Source of the DNA: Lachnospiraceae bacterium
GTDB lineage: Bacteria; Bacillota; Clostridia; Lachnospirales; Lachnospiraceae
Length of the DNA stretch: 64,000 nucleotides
Assembly (NCBI GenBank): GCA_016290615.1
Contig: JAEEUS010000002.1
Coordinates: 40,954-104,953, forward strand
Reading direction: 5' to 3'
Shown: one piece after another, positions 59,222-64,000 of the stretch
How the letters are laid out: each line of letters begins with the position of its first letter
How positions within the stretch are numbered: the first letter of the stretch is position 1
Position numbers and translations under genes: made by a program
The notes under the pieces: model-generated
What the model was told of the DNA's origin: nothing
Seen by the model: only the letters and a program-made list of their open reading frames with translations
Database searches by the model: none

Positions 59222-59734
59222 TTGAAAGGCATCGCTAAGTTTTTCAAAGTCAGCTTTGATGAATTTATGGTAGGTATTAATGATATCAAACCAAATATTT
59301 CTGAAGATGAAGCAAAGGAAATGTATGAAGATATCAAATTACCGAAAAGAGCAACAAAGGGAAGTGCAGGCTACGATTTCTTTGCACCGTTTTCATTTAA
59401 TCTTAAACCGGGAGAAACGATAAAGATTCCCACTGGTATAAGAGCAAAGATGGATAGTGAATGGGTATTATGTCTTTACCCTCGAAGCGGTCTGGGATTT
59501 AAATACAGGCTCCAATTAAACAATACAGTCGGTATAATAGATAGTGATTACTTCTATTCAGACAATGAAGGTCATATATTTGCAAAGATAACCAATGATT
59601 CAAATGAAGGTAAAGAACTTGCGGTAGATAAGGGAGCTGGTTTCATACAGGGAATCTTCATGGAGTTCGGTACAACCGTAGACGATGATGTTACCGATGA
59701 ACGTAACGGCGGATTCGGAAGCACCGGAGCTTAA
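59222..59734 (+). CDS. dut: dUTP diphosphatase
   Basis: SAGYD, PRSGLG, GIIDSDY, RNGGFGSTG; TTG start after GGAGG. Confidence 0.95.
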   Translation: MKGIAKFFKVSFDEFMVGINDIKPNISEDEAKEMYEDIKLPKRATKGSAGYDFFAPFSFNLKPGETIKIPTGIRAKMDSEWVLCLYPRSGLGFKYRLQLNNTVGIIDSDYFYSDNEGHIFAKITNDSNEGKELAVDKGAGFIQGIFMEFGTTVDDDVTDERNGGFGSTGA

Positions 59735-59744
59735 TATCTCAAAG

Positions 59745-59772
59745 AGAAGCAGATTGAGTTCTGCTTCTTTTT
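59745..59772 (+). terminator. Terminator after dut
   Basis: AGAAGCAGA-TTGAGT-TCTGCTTCT followed by a T-run. Confidence 0.85.
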
Positions 59773-59779
59773 GTGTGCT

Positions 59780-59808
59780 TTGACGATTTATATAAATGAT
59801 GATATTAT
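59780..59808 (+). promoter_or_regulatory. Sigma-A promoter of degV-gltX
   Basis: TTGACG-17 bp-TATTAT with TGn extension. Confidence 0.7.
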
Positions 59809-59848
59809 ATTTAGGATTTGCTGCAAGATAAAAACAAAGGGATTGTAT

Positions 59849-60718
59849 ATGTCAGATTACATTATTATGACAGATTCATCTGCTGATCTGCCTAAAAGTT
59901 TTCTAAAAGAGCACAATGTACCGTGTATCTCACTTAAATACACAATAGACGGCGTCGTATATGACAACGATGATGAAGAAGCTGCATCAACTTTCTACCA
60001 GAAGATCAGAAACAAGAGCATGCCTACCACATCACAGGTAAATCCGCAAGAAGCTAAACAGGGCATGTTGGAAGCTGTTAAGATATGCAAAGATATCCTT
60101 TTAATCGCATTTTCATCCGGGCTAAGCGGTACATGCAACAGCTTTATGATCGCTGCTCAGGAGATAATGGATGAGATGCAAGATGTGCACATTCAGGTCA
60201 TTGATTCACTTTCTGCATCTGTCGGCCAGGGACTCTTGGTATACAAGGCTGTATGTATGAAAGAAGAAGGTGCCACAAAAGAAGAAGTTGCACAATGGGT
60301 AGAAAAGTATAAATATAATACTGTTCATTCATTTACTGTAGATGATCTTGATCACCTCTACAGAGGTGGAAGACTTTCAAAGACAGCGGCAGTTGTAGGA
60401 AGTATGATCAATCTAAAACCCGTCCTTCATGTTGATGATGAAGGAAAACTTGTAAATATGTTCAATGTTCGTGGCAGAAAGAAATCTCTTAATGCATTGG
60501 TTGATTTCATGGAAAAGAGCATGGGATCATATAAAGATCAAAACGACATAGTCTTCATAAGTCATGGTGATAATGAAGAAGATGCCAAATATGTCGCAGA
60601 TGAAGTGAAGAAACGCTTCGGAATAGATAAATTCATGATTAATCAGATCGGACCGACAATCGGCAGTCATACAGGTCCGGATGTTATAGCCTTAGTTTAT
60701 TTAGGTGATCAAAGATAG
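59849..60718 (+). CDS. DegV/FakB fatty-acid-binding protein
   Basis: IMTDSSADL, PTTSQ, SSGLSGT, LYRGGRL, IGSHTGP; ATG at 59849. Confidence 0.93.
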   Translation: MSDYIIMTDSSADLPKSFLKEHNVPCISLKYTIDGVVYDNDDEEAASTFYQKIRNKSMPTTSQVNPQEAKQGMLEAVKICKDILLIAFSSGLSGTCNSFMIAAQEIMDEMQDVHIQVIDSLSASVGQGLLVYKAVCMKEEGATKEEVAQWVEKYKYNTVHSFTVDDLDHLYRGGRLSKTAAVVGSMINLKPVLHVDDEGKLVNMFNVRGRKKSLNALVDFMEKSMGSYKDQNDIVFISHGDNEEDAKYVADEVKKRFGIDKFMINQIGPTIGSHTGPDVIALVYLGDQR

Positions 60719-60727
60719 GAGAGTCAG

Positions 60728-62182
60728 ATGAAGATTAGAACAAGATACGCACCAAGCCCTACCGGAAAGATGCATGTTGGCAATCTACGTTCCGCATTAT
60801 ACGAATTCTTGATTGCAAAACATGAAGGCGGCCAGTTTATGCTCAGGATCGAAGATACCGATCAAGAGAGATTTGTTGAAGGTGCAACCGAGATCATATA
60901 CAGAACTCTTGAAAAGACAGGTTTACATCATGATGAAGGTCCTGACAAGGACGGCGGTTATGGCCCTTATGTCCAGAGTGAAAGGATGAAGACCGGTATA
61001 TATTTAAAATATGCCAAGGAACTCATCGACAAGGGAGAAGCATATTACTGCTTTTGTGATAAGGAAAGGCTTGCATCATTAAAAACCGAAGTTGTTGAAG
61101 GCAAAGAGATTACGGTTTATGACAAGCACTGTCTTTCTTTGTCAAAAGAAGAGATTCAAAAGAACCTTGAAGAAGGAAAACCCTATGTTATCAGACAGAA
61201 TATTCCCAATGAGGGTTCAACAACTTTCCACGATGAACTTTATGGTGACATCACAGTCGAGAATTCAGAACTTGATGACATGATCTTAATAAAAACTGAC
61301 GGTTATCCTACGTATAACTTCGCTAATGTTGTTGATGATCATACAATGAATATTACTCATGTTGTCAGAGGTAATGAGTATCTTTCATCTTCGCCTAAAT
61401 ATCAAAGACTTTATGACGCTTTTGGATGGAAGAGCCCTGTATATGTACATCTTCCTCTTATCACAGATGAAAATCACAAGAAACTTTCAAAAAGAAGCGG
61501 TCACTCATCTTTTGAAGATCTTATAGAACAAGGTTTTGTGACTGAAGCTGTTGTCAACTATATAGCTTTATTGGGATGGAGTCCCGAAGATAACAGGGAG
61601 ATATTTACACTCGATGAACTTATTAAAGAGTTTGATTATCACAGGATAAGCAAATCACCTGCCGTATTCGATATCGTAAAGCTTCGCTGGATGAATGGTG
61701 AATATATCAAGGCGATGGATTTTGATACATACTACGAAATGGCTAAACCCTATATCGATGAAGCTGTTAAGTCAGATGTAGACAAGAAAAAGCTTGCCGA
61801 ATGGGTAAAGACAAGGATCGAAGTTTTTCCTGATATAAAGGAACTTATAGATTTTGTTGATGAGCTTCCTAATTATGATATCGAGATGTATACGCATAAG
61901 AAGATGAAGACAAATGCTGAAAGTTCACTTTCGGTACTCAAAGATATCCTGCCGATTCTCGAAAAACAGGATGATTTCAGTAATGATGCTTTGTATTCAA
62001 CGTTGTTAAAGTATGTTGAAGAGAAGAATTTTAAGAACGGATATGTTCTATGGCCTGTCCGTACAGCTGTTTCAGGAAAGCAGATGACACCCGCGGGTGC
62101 TACTGAATTAATGGAGCTTTTTGGCAAAGACGAAACCCTTAGAAGGATTAAATCAGGCATTGTAAAGCTTGAACAGGCATAA
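60728..62182 (+). CDS. gltX: Glutamate-tRNA ligase
   Basis: [22 protein letters not shown]...YDKHC, KLSKR. Confidence 0.98.
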   Translation: MKIRTRYAPSPTGKMHVGNLRSALYEFLIAKHEGGQFMLRIEDTDQERFVEGATEIIYRTLEKTGLHHDEGPDKDGGYGPYVQSERMKTGIYLKYAKELIDKGEAYYCFCDKERLASLKTEVVEGKEITVYDKHCLSLSKEEIQKNLEEGKPYVIRQNIPNEGSTTFHDELYGDITVENSELDDMILIKTDGYPTYNFANVVDDHTMNITHVVRGNEYLSSSPKYQRLYDAFGWKSPVYVHLPLITDENHKKLSKRSGHSSFEDLIEQGFVTEAVVNYIALLGWSPEDNREIFTLDELIKEFDYHRISKSPAVFDIVKLRWMNGEYIKAMDFDTYYEMAKPYIDEAVKSDVDKKKLAEWVKTRIEVFPDIKELIDFVDELPNYDIEMYTHKKMKTNAESSLSVLKDILPILEKQDDFSNDALYSTLLKYVEEKNFKNGYVLWPVRTAVSGKQMTPAGATELMELFGKDETLRRIKSGIVKLEQA

Positions 62183-62210
62183 TTATTTATCAAAATATGC
62201 AAAATACTAT

Positions 62211-62236
62211 GAGACCGGATTGTCCGGTCTCTTTTT
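62211..62236 (+). terminator. Terminator after gltX
   Basis: GAGACCGGA-TTG-TCCGGTCTC-TTTTT. Confidence 0.9.
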
Positions 62237-62252
62237 GTAAGTAGTATTCATG

Positions 62253-62281
62253 TTGAAAAATGTCTAAATATTCGGTAAAAT
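62253..62281 (+). promoter_or_regulatory. Sigma-A promoter of DUF1292-glgX-like
   Basis: TTGAAA-17 bp-TAAAAT. Confidence 0.6.
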
Positions 62282-62329
62282 TATTAAAGGTATGTAATTC
62301 TTTTGAAAAAGATATTTTAAGGAGCAGAT

Positions 62330-62635
62330 ATGATAGAAAACAACACCCCGGACGAGGAAATGAAAGTTGAGCTTAACCTTGATGACGGTTCCACAGTTAT
62401 GTGTGAAGTTATCACAATACTTGAAGTTAACGGTAAGGAGTATATAGCCCTTCTTCCTGAAGGTCAGGATGATGCAGAAGACCAGGATGTATGGTTTTAT
62501 GCTTATTCTGAAAACCTGGATGATCCGAATGAAGAACCCGAGCTTTCATATATTGAAGATGACGCTGAATATGACGCCGTTTGTGAGGCTTTTGACGAAT
62601 TTCTTGATGAATGCGAGTTTGACAACGAGGATTGA
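62330..62635 (+). CDS. DUF1292 acidic protein
   Basis: LDDG...CEVITILEVNGKEYIALLP...IEDDAEYDAV; RBS AAGGAG. Confidence 0.85.
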   Translation: MIENNTPDEEMKVELNLDDGSTVMCEVITILEVNGKEYIALLPEGQDDAEDQDVWFYAYSENLDDPNEEPELSYIEDDAEYDAVCEAFDEFLDECEFDNED

Positions 62636-64000
62636 TGAATAACGAACTAAAGATATCATACGGCAAGCCATATCCGCTTGGTGCAACATATCTTGGCAAT
62701 AATCAGGTTAATTTTGCCGTTGTAGTCAGCACCGACGAGCAATGCGGTATTATTCTGTATGATAAAATGACAAAATCAGAGGAGAGATTATCCTTCTGCT
62801 GTTCAAACAAAGTGGGCAATATACGATGCATGAAAGTATCCGGTATAGATCCCGACAGGTTTGATTACAATTATTATATAGGTGAAGAGATCATCCATGA
62901 TTCTTATGCAAAGATAATTCTTGGCAACGAAAACTGGGGTAAATTACCTTCAAATCTGCGTGCTGGGATTTATCATGATGATTATGACTGGGAAAAAGAT
63001 AAGAATCCGTTGATCGCTTTTAACGATTCAGTGATTTATGCGCTTCATGTCAGAGGATTTACCAAGCATAAGAGCAGTATGGTAAATAACCCCGGAACAT
63101 TTTCAGGTATTATCGAAAAGATCCCGTATATAAAAGATCTCGGTGTTACGGCTCTGGAACTTATGCCTGTGTATAACTTTGTTGAGCTTGAACCTCCGAG
63201 TACAGATAAAGGCGAGTTTTCTCTTGGTGCATATGAACCAGTTGAGCCCAAGCTTAACTACTGGGGATATAAGGACAGTTTTTATTTTGCGCCCAAATCA
63301 TCCTACAGCCCGAAAAATACTAATGCTTCACAGGCATTTAAAGATATGGTTAAAGCCTTGCATAAGCAAAGTCTTGAAGTCATACTTCAGTTTTTCTTCC
63401 CCGAGACTGTCAAGCAGGGCTATATAATCGAAGTATTAAAATACTGGATGCAGGAGTATCATGTTGACGGATTTCATCTTATGGGAAGCAAGTTGCCCTT
63501 GGCTCTGCTAGGAACTGAACCTATGCTTGCAAATACAAAGATCATTTGTGAGCAGTTTCCGCTTGATGAAATTTATGAGCATAACGATGAACCGGCATAT
63601 AAGAATCTTGCCGTTTGCAAAGATACATATATGTATGATATGCGCCGACTCCTGAAGTCAGATGAGGGCATGGTGTTGCGTGCGCTTGAATACATTAAGA
63701 ATGTCCCTGTTAAGATCGGTGATGTTCATTACATTACTCACTGCAATACATTCACCCTGATGGATCTTGTTAGTTACGACAGGAAGCATAATGAATCCAA
63801 TGGTGAGAATAATCATGACGGTGCTCCCTATAACGGATCATGGAACTGCGGATATGAAGGCCCTACTACTAGGATCGCGGTAAAGAAGCTTCGTCACAAG
63901 CAGATAAAGAATGCCATCCTTTTAAACATGATGAGCAAGACAACTCCTCTCATAGTTGCTGGTGATGAATTCGGTAACAGCCAAAACGGAAATAATAATC
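62635..64000 (+). CDS. GlgX/isoamylase-like GH13 protein with degenerate active site (3'-truncated; not in the ORF track)
   Basis: Open frame from ATG 62635 (TGATG overlap): GKPYPLGAT, IYALHVRGFT, LGVTALELMPV, NYWGY, DLVSYDRKHNESNGENNHDG, SWNCG, AGDEFGNSQNGNNN. Confidence 0.9.
   Translation, partial: MNNELKISYGKPYPLGATYLGNNQVNFAVVVSTDEQCGIILYDKMTKSEERLSFCCSNKVGNIRCMKVSGIDPDRFDYNYYIGEEIIHDSYAKIILGNENWGKLPSNLRAGIYHDDYDWEKDKNPLIAFNDSVIYALHVRGFTKHKSSMVNNPGTFSGIIEKIPYIKDLGVTALELMPVYNFVELEPPSTDKGEFSLGAYEPVEPKLNYWGYKDSFYFAPKSSYSPKNTNASQAFKDMVKALHKQSLEVILQFFFPETVKQGYIIEVLKYWMQEYHVDGFHLMGSKLPLALLGTEPMLANTKIICEQFPLDEIYEHNDEPAYKNLAVCKDTYMYDMRRLLKSDEGMVLRALEYIKNVPVKIGDVHYITHCNTFTLMDLVSYDRKHNESNGENNHDGAPYNGSWNCGYEGPTTRIAVKKLRHKQIKNAILLNMMSKTTPLIVAGDEFGNSQNGNNN

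Noticed and set aside
63045-63427. Short ORFs listed inside the last gene
   Set aside because: Alternate-frame or antisense shadows of the continuous GlgX-like frame starting at 62635.

Overview
Core chromosome of an AT-rich, low-GC Firmicute. Gene content and order point to a Lachnospiraceae member (Butyrivibrio-like; inference). Nearly every gene is on the + strand; only tmcAL/ylbM is on the - strand. In order: polA (partial)-coaE-FtsA-like-MBL-ACT-UPF0210-GH43; tmcAL; pta; rpmF (missing from the ORF track); plsX-acpP-rnc-smc-ftsY; five extra genes (ilvA, MATE, ogg, DMT, PaaK-like ligase); ylxM-ffh-rpsP-khpA-rimM-trmD-rplS-lepB-rbgA-lepB-rnhB; FliK-like/FlhB-C-like pair; an OmpR-type two-component system; SGNH-MBOAT-SGNH; prs-DUF512-der-plsY-gpsA-MoxR-VWA-tyrS; DUF3048/DUF4230 genes; punA-mtaD-MutS-like-rnhA; a small membrane protein; WYL; nrdDG-dut; degV-gltX; DUF1292; and a GlgX-like ORF running off the end. 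I saw no rRNA, tRNA, CRISPR array or mobile element. The best signals are outside the ORF track: (1) a candidate ~145-nt structured sRNA after tyrS whose promoter shares a TTAAGA-N5-TTAAT repeat with the response-regulator promoter; (2) a yybP-ykoY-type Mn2+ riboswitch with terminator in front of a phenylacetate-CoA-ligase-like gene; (3) a GlgX homolog that has lost its GH13 catalytic aspartates; (4) ackA/yceD and spoIVA are absent from their usual positions. All calls come from reading motifs by eye; no searches were run.
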